A stretch of DNA of 64,000 bases. Origin: Azolla caroliniana. Lineage: Eukaryota; Plantae; Polypodiophyta. Under the pieces are notes generated by a model, which saw only the letters and a program-made list of their open reading frames with translations, had not been told where the DNA came from and ran no database searches. The translations under genes and the position numbers were made by a program. Shown here piece after piece: positions 39,047 through 52,712 of this stretch; position 1 is the stretch's first letter; each line of letters begins with the position of its first letter. Location of the stretch: assembly GCA_043228905.1 (NCBI GenBank), contig JBHGNT010000007.1, positions 9,548,001 to 9,612,000 of the forward strand, in the 5' to 3' direction.

Positions 39047-41354
39047 GTAGCCGGCTTCAACCCCCCCACCATCTTCACTCATCCTTATCACAGAAAAAAA
39101 AATATTCATTTAGTCCACATCACCATCTTGCCAATTACCACCCAATTCCTGTACAAATAACAACAAAATGAGTCTAGAATATTTCCTCCCCTCCTCATGA
39201 TCTGCTTCAGCCTCCATACCATCATCACCCATCCTCTCATCATAGCAATATGCTTCAATCTCTACCGTCATCATTACTCATCCTAATGAACAACAATATA
39301 TATATATATATAGAAATCTCCCAAACAATGTACCCATGTCAACAAAATAATATTATAGTAACCTCATCACCTCAAACAAACAATGCTTCGGCCCACACAC
39401 CATCTGAACTCCTCCTTACGACAAAAAAATTCTTCATTCAGTCCACATCAACCATCTCGCCGAATATCGCCAAGTTCCTGTATAAATAACAACAAAATGA
39501 ATGTAGACTATTTCCTCCTTCCCTCATGATTTGCTTCAGCCCCACACCATCATCACTCATCCTCTCGTCATGTTACCATATCATCATCGGTCATCGTAGT
39601 GAGAAACCTAAAACCTTCTTCATTCAGTCCACCTAACAAAGAAAAGAGAAAAAACAGTCTCCAAATCTGAAAATTAATAAACACATAAGCAATTCTCCCT
39701 TTCAGTTAAAGTGACACCACTCTCCTCTCTGCTCATTAAATAGGTTATTGCCCTCAACACTTCATCACTCATCCTTTTCCAAAATTAGAAGATGCTTCAT
39801 TTTCCTCATCCAACATCTCACCCCTGTCACTCCACATGCCTGCCCCTATCACATCCGCCTCTCTATGTCCTTCCTCACAATTATCTTTGAAATAAGAAAG
39901 GACTAGGAGGAGGGAATAACCAACGTGGTGGAGCATAATTCCAACGATCTTCATGTGATTCATCCAGCCAGAGAGGTATTGACCACCATATTTTACAAAG
40001 TTTTCGCATTTTCTTATGCACCTTTTCCGGCATTCCTTTAATACTATCATACTCTCCCTTAACTGTGTGCACTAAGTTTTCCCAAAACATCTTAATCATA
40101 TCGACAACATTGTACTCGATGCCTTCATATTTCTTGCTGCAACGACACTTCCACCACACCCATAAAGCATTAATTGAGACAATATTCGATCAGACCACCA
40201 ACTTCATGAGGCAGAGGCAATGGCTTAAGCTCTAGCTCATGCAAATGCAGAGGCAAAGGCATAGGCATAGGCATAGGCAGTGTGGCACATGCATCCAATC
40301 AATAGGCAATATGCCAGATATTAGCAATGGGCACGGTTTCGGCTCAAACCGAACCGAAACGTTAAACCGTGGCTTAACGGTTTATCGGTTCAAAATTAAA
40401 TAATGAGTTTGGTTTGGTTTAAAGAATGAAAGTTCGGTTTGGTTTCGGTTCGGTTCGGTTTAATATTTATCGGTTTATCGGTTTATCGGTTTTATCGGTT
40501 TAACGGTTTCTATTAATTTGGTTCGGTCTATAGGTTTATAGGTTCTTACCCTAGCCCTAAATTTTCAATTTTATAAATTATACCCTTCCTAAATTTTCTA
40601 TTTTATAAATTATACCCTTCTTGTTTTTACTATGGACCTAATACTAGTTAGTAGTAGTAAGTACATACTACAAACTACAGTGTATCTACAGACAGACAGA
40701 CACAACTATCGAACAGAAAGGATTCAGGAGGCGCACTACACATGCGGCATTGTGCAGGCTGAGGCGGCAACCACCAACCACCACTTCCAATCACCATTTC
40801 ATTGCTCTTCAGACTCCAGACTCTCCATAACACAGGTATGATCCATAACACAGGCTAAGTTTTTCCTTTTAGTTAACATGAAAAAATTGCAGTCTTCTCT
40901 TTGACTGATGAGTTGAAGATCATTTTAGACATGTATGAGAAGTAAATCATGCTCTTGATGGTGGAATTTATTATCACATCGTTTTTAATAAATTGGATTG
41001 AAACCTTATCATTTCCGGGTTTCCTTTGCATTACATTTGTATAGTGCACCATAACATATAGTTCCATTGCGTTTAATCGGTTTCTCACAAATTGGGCCGA
41101 ACCCTTATCATTGTTCCCAGTACTTTACTTTATATTTGTATTGTATTGTGTAGCCAGAACTTCAGTGCATGGGATGTTAGTTTCATTGTGATTTACTGCT
41201 CTATGGAATTATTTATATATACAAGATTCCTCTTGACATTATCTTTATGCTTATTAGACTCGGGATTTGGCTTATGGTGCTTCATAAAATAGGTCCAAAA
41301 TTCTCTCTCAGATTTAATTATAACTAAATTTGATTAAATCACATAACTTAACAT

Positions 41355-41815
41355 CTTCCCTCACCTGCTTTTGAAAGGCCATTGGCAAGGAAATTATAAG
41401 TGTTTATGTTGGGCACTTCTCCCTTTTCTTTCATCATCTTAAATAATGCAACATCTCCTGGTTTCTCTTCTTGCTAGAAGGAATAAACAAGAAGGTTACA
41501 TATATACAAGTTTGTTAACAAAACATGCTGAAGCATCTTATCATACATCCCATAAGCTTACTTTGGAAACCCTGCTTTCACCAATGCATCAATCATTATG
41601 TTAAATGTATGGGAATTGGGAATACAGTCATATTTCTCCATCCTTTCAAAGGCTGTGACAAAAGCTTCAAGCATTCCAACATAAGCATAGACCCTGGCAA
41701 TAGCTGTGAAAGCATTCGGTATCAAACTAACTTGATCCTTAACTATGTCTTCCATGAGAAATTCTATGGTCTTGAAATCCTTTGCCTCCCCAAGAATCTC
41801 AAAAAGCCACCAAGT
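41355..41815 (-). pseudogene. P-class PPR gene fragment inside the hAT element
   Basis: MEDIVKDQVSLIPNAFTAIARVYAYVGMLEAFVTAFERMEKYDCIPNSHTFNIMIDALVKAG, followed by decayed PPR-like coding sequence. Confidence 0.7.
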
Positions 41816-42009
41816 TGAGCTAACTTAGCAATGTAACAATGTATCTTTCTATGTTAACATGTCTATCTTTCTATGTTTGCCATTAGACATAATGGTTGTT
41901 TTACTGTTCTTAGCTAACTTAGCAAACTTTCTACTTCATTTATTTTTCTCATTATAATGTATTTGAAATGTGCTAATTGAGTTAATTGAATTTTATAGGA
42001 CACCATAAA

Positions 42010-44217
42010 ATGGAATCATCATCTCAAATTGATGCTGCAATGAACTCATCTTCAATTGATGTTAGTCGTGGGTCAACAAGTAGCTCAAGAAAGGCTACGC
42101 ACATCATGGACAGATGCTCACATCATATTTTATATGGATAATGGCACACCTCGACGACGATGCCATCATTGCCATGTTTGTTGGTCTTCTACAACATCCA
42201 CAGGCACTATAGCCAAACATTTAGCAGAAAAGCATCGTTTATCAAGCGACCAAAATTCAGGTATATCACAGCACATTCAATCTTCAATTGAGTCAGCTAG
42301 AGTATCTCATGTTTTAGAGAAGAAAATTGATGCTGCCATCGTGAAGTATATTGTGAAGGGAACATTGCCCCATGCACATGTGGAATCACCTGAATTTAAG
42401 GAGTTCATGCAACAAATTGTACCTGGATATCAAGTAAAGTCAAGAGGCACAATTAAGCGTTCTATCCTAGAAATGTATGTGGTGTTGCGTCGTCAGGTGA
42501 TAGATTTGCTATCGAAATGCCAATCAAGATTTTCCATAACATTTGATGGTTGGTCAAATAGTAGTTTGAAGGGCTTTTACTCAGTGACACTTCATTGGGT
42601 ATGTCATGAAACAGCAAGGTCAAGGTCAATGTTATTGGATTTTGTGCATGTATTTCCAGGTGTTGGATCAGGGAAGCGTTGTGCACATGCCCTTTTTGCT
42701 CGACTTCGGTCCTTTGATATTTCTAGTCGACTCTTAGCTACAATTTTTGATGGAGCGAGTGATGCACAAGTAGCTGCAAAAGAGTTGAGCATGTTGTTAC
42801 AAGATGAGCATGGTAAGGAAATTTTGGCTCCATCACATATGTTAAGATGTATGGTTCACACTTTTCAGTTGGGTATCAAGGCAGCATTAGAGGTTATCTC
42901 ACCCTCAACAGAAAAGTTGAGAACAGTGCTCCATACTATTAGATCTAGCAAGGTTCGAAGGGAAGTGTTTAGGAAGTATGCTAGGATGGTTGAGCATCAT
43001 GAAAGGGAACCCCCAAGGCTCGATGTTGTTACAAGATGGAATTCTACCTTGGAAATGTTTAGGCAATCTATCAAGGATAAAGATGTATTGAACTTTACAA
43101 TTTCAGATTTAACAATATCAAGTGATTTCAATGGTAATGTCTTGACCAGAGAAGATTGGAGTCACATACATGCCATGGCGGAATGGCTAGATACACCGGC
43201 CGAGGTTTCTACTTTTCTGGGAGGCTCAAGATATCCTACATTATCACTAGCATCGCTAGCATATAATTGTTTACTAAATCATTGCAATCAATTTTTAGAT
43301 TCTTCGCTTCCAGGATCATCTAGATTCACACAAGAGGTGCTTCAAAGAGCATCTGAGAACTGCTTGCAATATTTAATTAAGTATCAAGAATCGTTAAAGT
43401 CTATTCCATCTCGCATAGCAATGTTTCTTGATCCCAGGTAATGCTTACCTTTATATCGTACAATTATCATCATGATTTCTGATTTTTTATTTGAGTTTAA
43501 AACCGTTTTATTTGTTTGATAGATTGCCTCTTCCAAATAATCATACAGAAAGAGAGTTAGATATTAAGTTGGTTGAAAGCATGATTGAGTCCCACTATCA
43601 CTCGTTCTCGAGTGATGTTGAACCACCTTCGGCTTCAACCACAATACATGAAAATGATAAGAATTCTAAAATTTGGACGTTAATGGGTGTAAATAATAAA
43701 AGTCTTATTTCCGATTCACAGTCAGAAATTCAGCACTTTATGAGACTTCCTTCGGCTAGCACGGACAAGGATCCTTTACAATGGTGGAATGATAATAAAT
43801 CGGCAATGCCTTCACTATATAGGATGGCATGTGATTACCTCAGTATACCAGCATCATCAGTACCTGCTGAAGAGGCTAATTCGGCAGCAAAAATGTCCTT
43901 TGATAATAGGATAAAACTACATTCATGCACTTTCAAAGCTGAAATGTGCGTTCGATCATGGATGAATGTTTTAAAAGAATGTAATGTTCAAATGTTAGAT
44001 AATTTTCACATCAGTTATGCGGAACTAACAATGAATTTGGATGATCTTGTTGCTGAAGATGAGGTAATAGATTACATATCGCATGATAGTCAAAGGAAAA
44101 TTAAGGTATGCATACTTGTTACTTGGTTGTTTTTTATTTGAGTCTTTACTTAAAGTATTTTTATTAATAATTACTTACTTGTTTTTATGTATTTTATATG
44201 TACAGGAATCATGTTGA
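42010..44217 (+). pseudogene. hAT transposase (BED finger, DDE, hATC dimerisation domain) with an apparent 1-nt frameshift near the N-terminus
   Basis: CHHC...STGTIAKHLAEKH, ITFDGWS, IFDGAS, RCMVH, LDVVTRWNST, DPLQWW, YLSIPASSVPAE. Introns 43438-43522 and 44106-44205. The ATG at 42010 is out of frame with the main ORF; the switch is near 42090. Confidence 0.88.
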
Positions 44218-46450
44218 TTTTTGACATGTTAACGACAATAGAGGTTGCAATTGGAGATCTTCAAAGTCATTGTAATTTTTATTACATGTTGTTTACTATT
44301 TTGTTTTTAGTCGATTCTTTAAATTTGTTATTATGAATTACTTAATTCTTTTGTATATTTTATACTTTCAGGAATCCCTTATTCAAATATTGGAAACAAA
44401 AAGCTGGATTAAGTTTACATATATGGTCCTATGGATTTGGAAAATTGGAACTCTATTATATGGATTGTTGTTCTTAATTGGAAATTTGGAACTCTATTGT
44501 ATGGATTTTTGTTATCATTCCAAAAAACATTTATCTTTTTATGTAATATCTTATCATGTTTCACAAATTAACAATTTTCAGAAAATGTGTTGTGAATTTC
44601 TGTTATTTTATAGTGTTCTAGTCTTTGATTTGGTACAATTTATTGTTTCGTGTTGCTTGGATTATGTCAAAACCAATTTGGTTTGGTTTGGTTTTGATGT
44701 TTGATACACTGGTTTGGTTTTGATTTTTGGTAAACCGGTTCGGTTTGGTTCTACATTTTACATAAACGGTTTGGTTTTAAATGGTTTGGTTTCTCATACC
44801 TATTAAACGGTTTGGTTTAAATGGTTTGGCTTAAATAGTTTGGTTTAAATGGCTTCAAATTTTTTAAATGGTTTGGTTTGGTTTTTATTCTGAATAACCG
44901 GTTTGGTTTGGTTTGGTTTGGTTTCAAGGTCAAGAAACCGAACCGAACCGAAACCGAACCGCGCCCATTGCTACCAGATATCTACTCCACCTAGGAAAGA
45001 ATTTCTTTCTCCTTGCTCCAATCAAGAAAACTGCCACATTAGTACTCCCTTCGACTTCCGTAGATATGCTTTCATTCCAGATTGATTGCCATCAAATACA
45101 TACCCAATATCCCTACAATAAGAGAACGATCTCCATCTCTCTCTAATTTCGGGTTGACCTGTATGAATTGCACAAATGCCCATTGTCTTGGTATCAAATA
45201 ATAACGTGATAAGAGTGAGAAATGTATCTCCAAATCCAACAAGAAAATTGGACATTCTATGAAACCATGAGTACTCTCTTCCATTTGAAGAATGATGCAA
45301 AAGAGGCGATTTCTTGTTGCTAGTTCACGTTGCTCTAGAGGTAATCCCAAAGGAAAACCCCCAATCAACAAACTTTTGCTAAAAGTGACAAATTTGAATA
45401 CCAACTACGCTCCACGATCTACCACCGTCCACAATCAAAGTTACGTACCTTCCATTTTTGTTCAACCTCAGATGATAACTACCTCAATATAGAGAAGACA
45501 TGAGTAACTCTTTTTGCAAAGAATTACAATTATCTCGACTAGATGATGGTGCCCATACAAATAAGGACAACGCTTCATGTCATAAGATAACCAAGTGTTG
45601 AACACGTGAAGAATAAGGAATTTTAAGTGGAATACTTTTCGTTCACTAATTACCACCATGATGCATTAATCGTTTTGCTCCTATGTATTATACCCTCATC
45701 CTCAAGGAAATAATGGACAATAGATACCCATAGTTGTGAGTACGAACACACGTCTTGCAATAAGGAAAAATTACAGCCATCATATGCATAGATAAGTTTA
45801 AATCTCCCCCCCCCCACCCCCCAAATGCTAAGGGTTTGCTAGATGGTTCCACACAATCGATGTGATACCTGTATTATCCCTCTTTCTCAACAAGAAAGAT
45901 CAAAGAGGTTGCAAAACGGGATGCAAAGCCTTCTTTGTCCATGGTAGCAATGGCAGAAACATAATATCACGGGTTCCATAATATGTTCTACAACCATCAA
46001 TAGTACATGAAATCACCAAGATAAATGTGACTTCCAATGCATGAACTTATCCCTTATCTTGTGTATTCAATCATTTGGCTATTCATAAGATTCACTCCCA
46101 ATGGATACCCGAGTGTTGAAAAATTGAGCCTTTTTTAAGCACGAATCCTTGTCATCCTAGAGATTCCAAATCCCTCTTAGTACATGAGATGAGGCTAGCC
46201 TCACACTAATTAATATGCAATCTAGATGCCAATGCAAATTGGTTCCATATAAACATCCCCTTCTCAAGATTCTCAAATAATCATCTGCCAAAGATTGTGC
46301 TACCAATTTTCTCCAAATGGAAGGTGTCAACCCATGCATTTTCTTACTCCAGGGTTTTGTGTATGCAAAGATAACATCGTCGTTGTCTTGTGTAGGATCC
46401 ATCCTACATTATACTTATACACGGATATGATCGACAACTTTGGAATTGTC

Positions 46451-49400
46451 TGTTAGAGATTGACGCTTTCCAAACCTTCACCACTCGGCCACAACCGAGG
46501 AAACACGAGTCAATGCAGCAGTAAATCGCAAACACGGAGAGAGACTCGAATGCACGGGGTTTAGTGTGGAAAACCCTAGACGGGAAAAACCACGGGAGTG
46601 CAAGACTCCAACTATCACTATACGCAGGGAATGTACAATAGCGAGCTCCAAGGCGACGACCTTGAGCTCGCTGTCCTCGCCACAGGCGGCGGTATTACAC
46701 AGAGGCGTCGACCTCTTCCTTCCTCTCTCTCTCACTCTCTCTCGGCTGCTCTCACTTCACTCCCTCTCAGTGGAAAACAGAAAAATGAGCAACAACTACA
46801 AAACTGTTTGCCCTAAGTCATATTTATACACATATGATTTTCGGGCTATTTACAAATATATCCTAGAGGGCCCTTGGCAAACATATTCACAAATATGTCC
46901 CCGCATCCGGATCTCTCTCCGGGTACATTCGTCATCCGGCTCCGTAGCCGGGGTCTTCATCATCCGGCTCCGTAGCCGGGTACTCCTCATTCAGGTCTTC
47001 ATTCCCGATTCCCGGACACCTGACCATCCCATCCGGAGGGACCGTAATCCCAACAAACTCCCCCTTCACTTCGGCATGGGATGTCTTTCCAGTCCGACCC
47101 TCTTCCGGCACGCTTCCAGCTTGTCTGGTGTGAGCACTTTGGTCAGCATATCTGACCCGTTCTCGTCCGTGTGGATCTTCGTCAGCACGAACTCCTGGTC
47201 TTCTATCCTTTCCCGGATCCAGTGATATCTTCGCTGGATGTGCTTCGTCCGGGAGTGATAGGCCGCATTCTTCGCAAGGTGGATGGCACTCTGACTGTCG
47301 CAGTAGAGTCGGTACTCCTCCTGCCGGATACCGAGCTCTCTAATGAAGTCCTTCATCCATATTATTTCCTTGCCGGCTTCAACAGCCGCCATGTACTCCG
47401 CCTCCGTGGTTGACAACGCAACCGTCTTCTGCAGCCTCGACTGCCACGAAACAGCTCCCCCTGCATACGTCATCACATACCCTGATGTGGACCGGCTGGT
47501 ATCTGCATCAGCCGACATATCCGAATCGGTAAAGCCGTCGAGTTCGGGCTTACCGGAGCCGAATCGGAGGCACACGTTTGTCGTGCCCTTCAGGTATCAG
47601 AGTATCCACTTGGCCGCGTTCCAGTGCTCTTTGCCGGGATTGCTCATGTACCGGCTCACCACTCCGACTGCATATCCTATGTCCGGTCTTGTACACACCA
47701 TTGCGTACATCAAGCTTCCGACGGCAGAGGCATATGGTACTTTCATCATGTCCTCCTTCTCAACCTTTGTCTTGGGGCTTTGCTTGCTGGACAACTTGCA
47801 GTTTGCCGGGAGGGTTGACCCGACCGGTCTTGCTTCTGACATGTTGAACCGGTGAAGCACCTTTGTCACGTACTTCTCCTGTGACAGCCACAACTGCTTC
47901 TTCTTCCGGTCCCGGATGATGTGCATCCCTAGTATTTGCCTCGCCGGACCCAGGTCCTTCATTGAGAAGGTTCGGTGAAGCGCTTTCTTCAGCATCCGTA
48001 TCTTGCCCTGGTCCCGTCCGACGATCAACATGTCATCCACGTACAGGAGGAGTATTAGAAAGTCTCCTCCTTCGAACTTCTTCACAAACACGCAGTGATC
48101 GGACTGCGTTTTGTGGTACCCTTCGTCGGTCATGAAAGAGTCGAACTTCCGGTACCATTGTCGGGGAGCTTGCTTCAGTCCGTAAAGGCTCTTCTTCAAC
48201 CGGCATACCAGGTGCTCCTTCCCTTTCTTCTCGAATCCTTCCGGTTGCTGCATGTAGATCTCTTCTTCGAGGTCACCGTGAAGGAATGTCGTCTTCACGT
48301 CCATCTGTTCTACCTCGAGGTCCATGCTTGCCGCTATGCTCAGCACCGTCCGGATGGAGGTCATCTTCACTACCGGGGCAAATATCTCGTCGAAGTCGAC
48401 GCCCTTCTTCTGCTGGAACCCCTTCACCACGATCCTGGCTTTGTATCTCGGGGGGTTTCCGGCATCTCCCGGTTTCAGCTTGAACACCCACTTGTTTCGA
48501 AGTGCCCGCTTTCCTTTCGGCAACTCCACAAGTTCATATGTGTGGTTCTCATGCAGGGAATCCATCTCCTCCTGCATGGCACTTAACCACCTGCGGCTAT
48601 GGGTGTCAAGCTTTGCTTCTTCAAAACTCTCCGGCTCCCCCTCGTCGGTTAGCAGCACGTGCTCTAGTTCCGGAAATCTCCGGGGGGCCCTTCTCTCTCT
48701 TAGAGGATATCTCCGTTCCGGAGCTTCGGTAACCGGCTCCTCCGTTTCCTCTTCATCCGAATCCATTTCGGGATCGGGACCGGTTCCGGTATCAGTTTCA
48801 TCTTCCTCGGCCGGTTCTGTTTCTTCACCGTCTTCGGCCGGATCCTCGAGTGCTAACCGGTCCCTTGCCGGTCGGGACTGCTCCTCGTAGAGTTGATCCT
48901 CACCGGTCGACTTGGAGCTCTTCATCTTCTTCTCCGACTCCCAGTCGGCGAGTGTCTTGTCCTCCATGAAGATGATATCACGACTCCGGAATATCTTTTT
49001 GTCGACCGGGTCCCATACTCGGTAGCCGAACTCGTCATCGCCGTAACCGAGGAATATGCATGGCCGGGTCTTTGGATCTAGCTTTCCTCTCCGGTCCTTT
49101 GCCACATGCACATATGCGAGACACCCGAACACCTTCAGATGCCGGTAGGAGACTTCCCTACGGGTTCACACTCTCTGCGGCGTGTCTCCGTCCAAAGGTA
49201 CTGAGGGTGATCTGTTTATCACGTATGTCGCCGTCGACATTGCCTCAGCCCAAAACCCCTTGGGTAATTTCGCATGCGCCAGCATACTCCGGACCCTCTC
49301 CATTATGGTCCGGTTCATCCTCTCGGCCAGCCCGTTCAGTTCCGGCGTCTTCGGCACAGTAAACTCGAGCCGGATTCCCTTCGAGCGACAGTACTCCTCG

Positions 49401-51803
49401 AACTGCCCCCGGTATTCCCCTCCGTTATCCGCTCGTATCGCTTTCAGCTTCTTGCCGGATTCCCTTTCCACTCTCGCGTGGAGTTCTTTGAAGACGCACA
49501 ACACTTGGTCCTTTGTCTTCAACGGTGCCGTCCACAGCTTCCGGCTGTGGTCATCAATGAATGTCACGAAGTACTGGGCTCCGCCATGTGACTTCGTTTC
49601 TACTTGACACACGTCAGTGTGCACCAACTCCAATGGTGCGCTACGTCTCGTCGGTGGCCTTGAGTGGAAGGAGGTTCGGTTCTGCTTACCGGCCAGGCAA
49701 TCGGTGCACTTCTCCAGGTGCACATGCTTCACTGGAATAAGGTTGTCTTCTGCAAGCCTCTTCATCCCCTTCTCACTCATGTGGCACAGTCTCTTGTGCC
49801 ACAGCTCACCGGCAGTGTCGGCTGCCACGTTCAACTCCTCCGGACACAACCAGGCATTCATAAGGTACAGTGTGTTGACTTTCCGGGCCCGAGCCACTAT
49901 CAGGCTCCCCTTGCTGAACTTCATTACGCAGTTCCGGATGCTACCTGTGTAGCCTTCATCGTCTAGCCTCCCGGCCGAAATCAGGTTCAATCGAACCTCC
50001 GGAACGTGTCGGACATCCTTCAGCAACATTTTGCATCCGGTCGAGGTTGTCAACCACACGTCTCCTATGCCGGCAATCCGGCACGTACCTTCATTTCCCA
50101 TCCGAACACAGCCATGCTCACCGGCTGTGTAGGATGAGAAGTATCTTCTTTCCGGGGTCAGGTGGAACGACGCTCCGGAATCGACCACCCAGGTAGTCTC
50201 ATCGCCGGCAATGTTTAGTTCACCTTCTTCGGTGATGAGCATGATCTCCTCTTCACTTGCCGCGAGTGCCGTCGTTCCTTTCCGGTCCTGCCCTCGCCGA
50301 TCCGAACCATTCCGGTCCGTGGCTCCCCGGTAAGCACCGTTCCGTTCCGAAGACTTCTTCGAATCGGTGTCGTCGGCTCCGTTGTCTTTTCGGTAATGCC
50401 GACAATTCTTTCGGAAGTGCCCCGACTTCCCACAGTGGAAGCATGTGGGCCTTCCTCTTGACTGCGATCGGGTCCCCGACTTCTCCCGTCTTTGCGGGCT
50501 CCGGTTCCGTTGTCTTCCCCGATCCGATTCGGTAAGCAACATCTTCGGATCGGAGGCCGGTTCTTTATCTCTCCGACGCGCTTCTTCGTTCAAAATGCTT
50601 GTCTTTACCGTTTGTAGGGACAAGTTATCTTCGGTGCAGGAGGTGCTGAGAGTCACCACCAAGTTCTCCCAGCTTTCCGGCAATGTACACATCAGCATGA
50701 TGGCTTGCATTGCATCCTCCAACGGGAACTTGATCGCCGCAAGCTGGTTCACGAATCCCATGAACGTGCTTACGTGTTCCACCATGCTCTCGCCGTCCCG
50801 GTACTTGAGGTTCACTATCTTCCTCATCAGGGAGGTCCGGTTCAACGCATTCTTCCTCTCGTAGAGGCCCGACAGCTTCTGCCACATCTCATATGCGTTG
50901 GTGTCGTTCGCCACATGTTGTAGAACGCTCACGTCGACGTATTGCCGAATGGTTGCAACGGCTTTCCGGTTCAGAAGCCTCCATTCCGTCTCAAGTACCC
51001 CCTTGGGTATTTCCGACCTGTCGATCGGTTCATACAGGTCCCGAACAATGAGCAGATCCTCCATCTTTATCTTCCAGTCAGCGTAGTTTTGCGCATTCAG
51101 CACCATCATCCCCGGCTGCCCGCTGCTGCCGCCTTCCAATTTCTGCACTACAGTCGCTCTGATACCAGATTGTTAGAGATTGACGCTTTCCAAACCTTCA
51201 CCACTCGGCCACAACTGAGGAAACACGAGTCAATGCAGCAGTAAATCACAAACACGGAGAGAGACTCGAATGCACGGGGTTTAGCGTGGAAAACCCTAGA
51301 CGGGAAAAACCACGGGAGTGCAAGACTCCAACTATCACTATACGCAGGGAATGTACAATAGCGAGCTGCAAGGTGACGACCTTGAGCTCGCTGTCCTCGC
51401 CACAGGCGGCGGTATTACACAGAGGCGTCGACCTCTTCCTTCCTCTCTCTCTCACTCTCTCTCGGCTGCTCTCACTTCGCTCCCTCTCAGTGGAAAACAG
51501 AAAAATGAGCAACTACTACAAAACTGTTTGCCCTAAGTCATATTTATACACATATGACTTTCGGGCTATTTACAAATATAGCCTAGAGGGCCCTTGGCAA
51601 ACATATTCACAAATATGTCCCCGCATCCGGATCTCTCTCCGGGTACATTTGTCATCCGGCTCCGTAGCCGGGATCTTCATCATCCGGCTCCGTAGCCGGG
51701 GTCTTCATCATCCGGCTCCGTAGCCGGGTACTCCTCATTCGGGTCTTCATTCCCGATTCCCGGACACCTGACCATCCAATCCGGAGGGACCGTAATCCCA
51801 ACA
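46451..51803 (-). mobile_element. Full-length Ty1/Copia LTR retrotransposon (Tnt1-like)
   Basis: LTRs 46451-47055 and 51171-51803 (TG..CA). TSD TTGTC (46446-46450, 51804-51808). PBS TGGTATCAGAGC at 51156-51167. PPT at ~47058-47068. Confidence 0.98.
47066..51148 (-). pseudogene. Copia gag-pol polyprotein in a single frame with two premature stops
   Basis: CFHCGKSGHFRKNC knuckle, WVVDSGASFH, WHKRLCH, ADNGGEY, YVDD, FTDSD. In-frame TGA at 49166 (W codon expected) and at 47597 (R codon expected). Confidence 0.95.
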
Positions 51804-52159
51804 TTGTCAAATGAGTTTATCAATATGATATTATAAAGGAAAGAAAGAGACAAGAGTGATGGCTTTTCTTTGATTGTGTTGTCTTTCCTTCTTGTGTATC
51901 CTCTCTCCAATATTAACCTCTTTATGTTTTTGGTGTTATGTTGTTAGCCTCTATCAATTCGGCGGGCAGAGAGTTCAGATAAGTACTCCCACGTGGATTG
52001 TTTGATTACAAAATATTCCTCATTGACTAAATTTCCACATCAACGCGTCAAAGCAATGACCTCGTTATCTTCAAATAGTTGGCATGACCATCTCACTTTA
52101 AGCTCTCTACATTACATTGTTGGGATGTTAGGTTTCTTCATCTCATTACCCGTCACAAC

Positions 52160-52322
52160 TAGGATCTGTGTTGAAGTTGGAGCCTTTGATCAATATTCTA
52201 GTCCCAATTCCTTCTTGGTTTTTAAATCATAGGCTCATTACCTAGGATTTGTGTTGAAGTTGGAGCCTTTGATCAATATTATAGTCCCAATTCCTTCTTG
52301 ATTTGTAAATCATAGGCTCATT
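52160..52322. repeat. ~82-bp tandem duplication
   Basis: ctaggat.tgtgttgaagttggagcctttgatcaatatt.tagtcccaattcc...aaatcataggctcatt occurs twice. Confidence 0.9.
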
Positions 52323-52712
52323 GTCACGAAGTTGCGCACATGCATGTGAAGTTAGAGCGAGACCATAGGGGGTTTGAACCAAAGAAGATGAGTTGATTAA
52401 AGTCTTCTTGGTATAGTGTTTGAGTATGTTTATGTTCTTTAGGGATAGTGTGATATAAGTATTTAGGCATTCATGATAGTGTGGGCATGCATGTATAAGT
52501 ATTTCAATGTTAGTGACATGTATATGAGGTTAGCTAGATGTTATTGCAAAATGTAGGGTTTGAACCCTCAACCTCCTGGTCTTCATTGGCAACCTTACCA
52601 ACTGAGCTACATCCTTCTAGATGTGGCGGTTCAAATGAGGATGGTAATGTTATTGAGGTGTGACAATTAGACTTGCATGGCCATTGCGAAGAACCCTGTA
52701 TTTCATGCACGT
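52322..52712 (+). mobile_element. Possible 5' part of an older LTR, interrupted by the Gypsy element
   Basis: Starts TGTCACGAAG, similar to the TGTCGTGAAG terminus of the adjacent Gypsy LTR. The other half is not in the window. Confidence 0.4.
52546..52617 (-). ncRNA. Degenerate tRNA-like sequence (Phe-like, GAA); not a functional tRNA gene
   Basis: 72 nt. A box TAGCTCAGTTGG, B box GGTTCAAACCC, T stem AGGG/CCCT, acceptor-like pairing AGGATG/CATTTT, TGAAGA at the anticodon position. The anticodon stem is broken. Confidence 0.6.

Larger units (their letters stand above)
36440..39635. repeat. Three diverged ~250-bp repeat units, with the hAT-like element lying between the first and second
   Basis: ttcatt.agtccacatc...ttcctgta.a...taga.tatttcctcc...catgat...tcctctc.tcat at ~36440-36715, ~39055-39270 and ~39385-39635. 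Confidence 0.65.
40322..44973 (+). mobile_element. Full-length hAT superfamily DNA transposon
   Basis: TIRs TAGCAATGGGC(A/G)CGGTT at both ends. Perfect 8-bp TSD CCAGATAT (40314-40321, 44974-44981). Subterminal GGTTT/AACCG arrays. Internal transposase. Confidence 0.97.
39770..46445 (-). mobile_element. Old, decayed LINE-like remnant interrupted by the hAT insertion
   Basis: Broken Trp-rich ORF pieces on both sides of the hAT, including a zf-RVT-like segment LFCI..MEESTHGFIECP (~45250-45310). Highly degenerate. Confidence 0.4.

Noticed and set aside
36751-39054. 8-bp TSD for the non-autonomous hAT
   Set aside because: The flanks GGCCACGG and GTAGCCGG match at only 4 of 8 positions.
47171-51723. 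Many long + strand ORFs over the Copia, including 46566-47225 and 51286-51723 in the LTRs
   Set aside because: Antisense shadows of GC-rich gag-pol or LTR sequence, with no recognisable domains.
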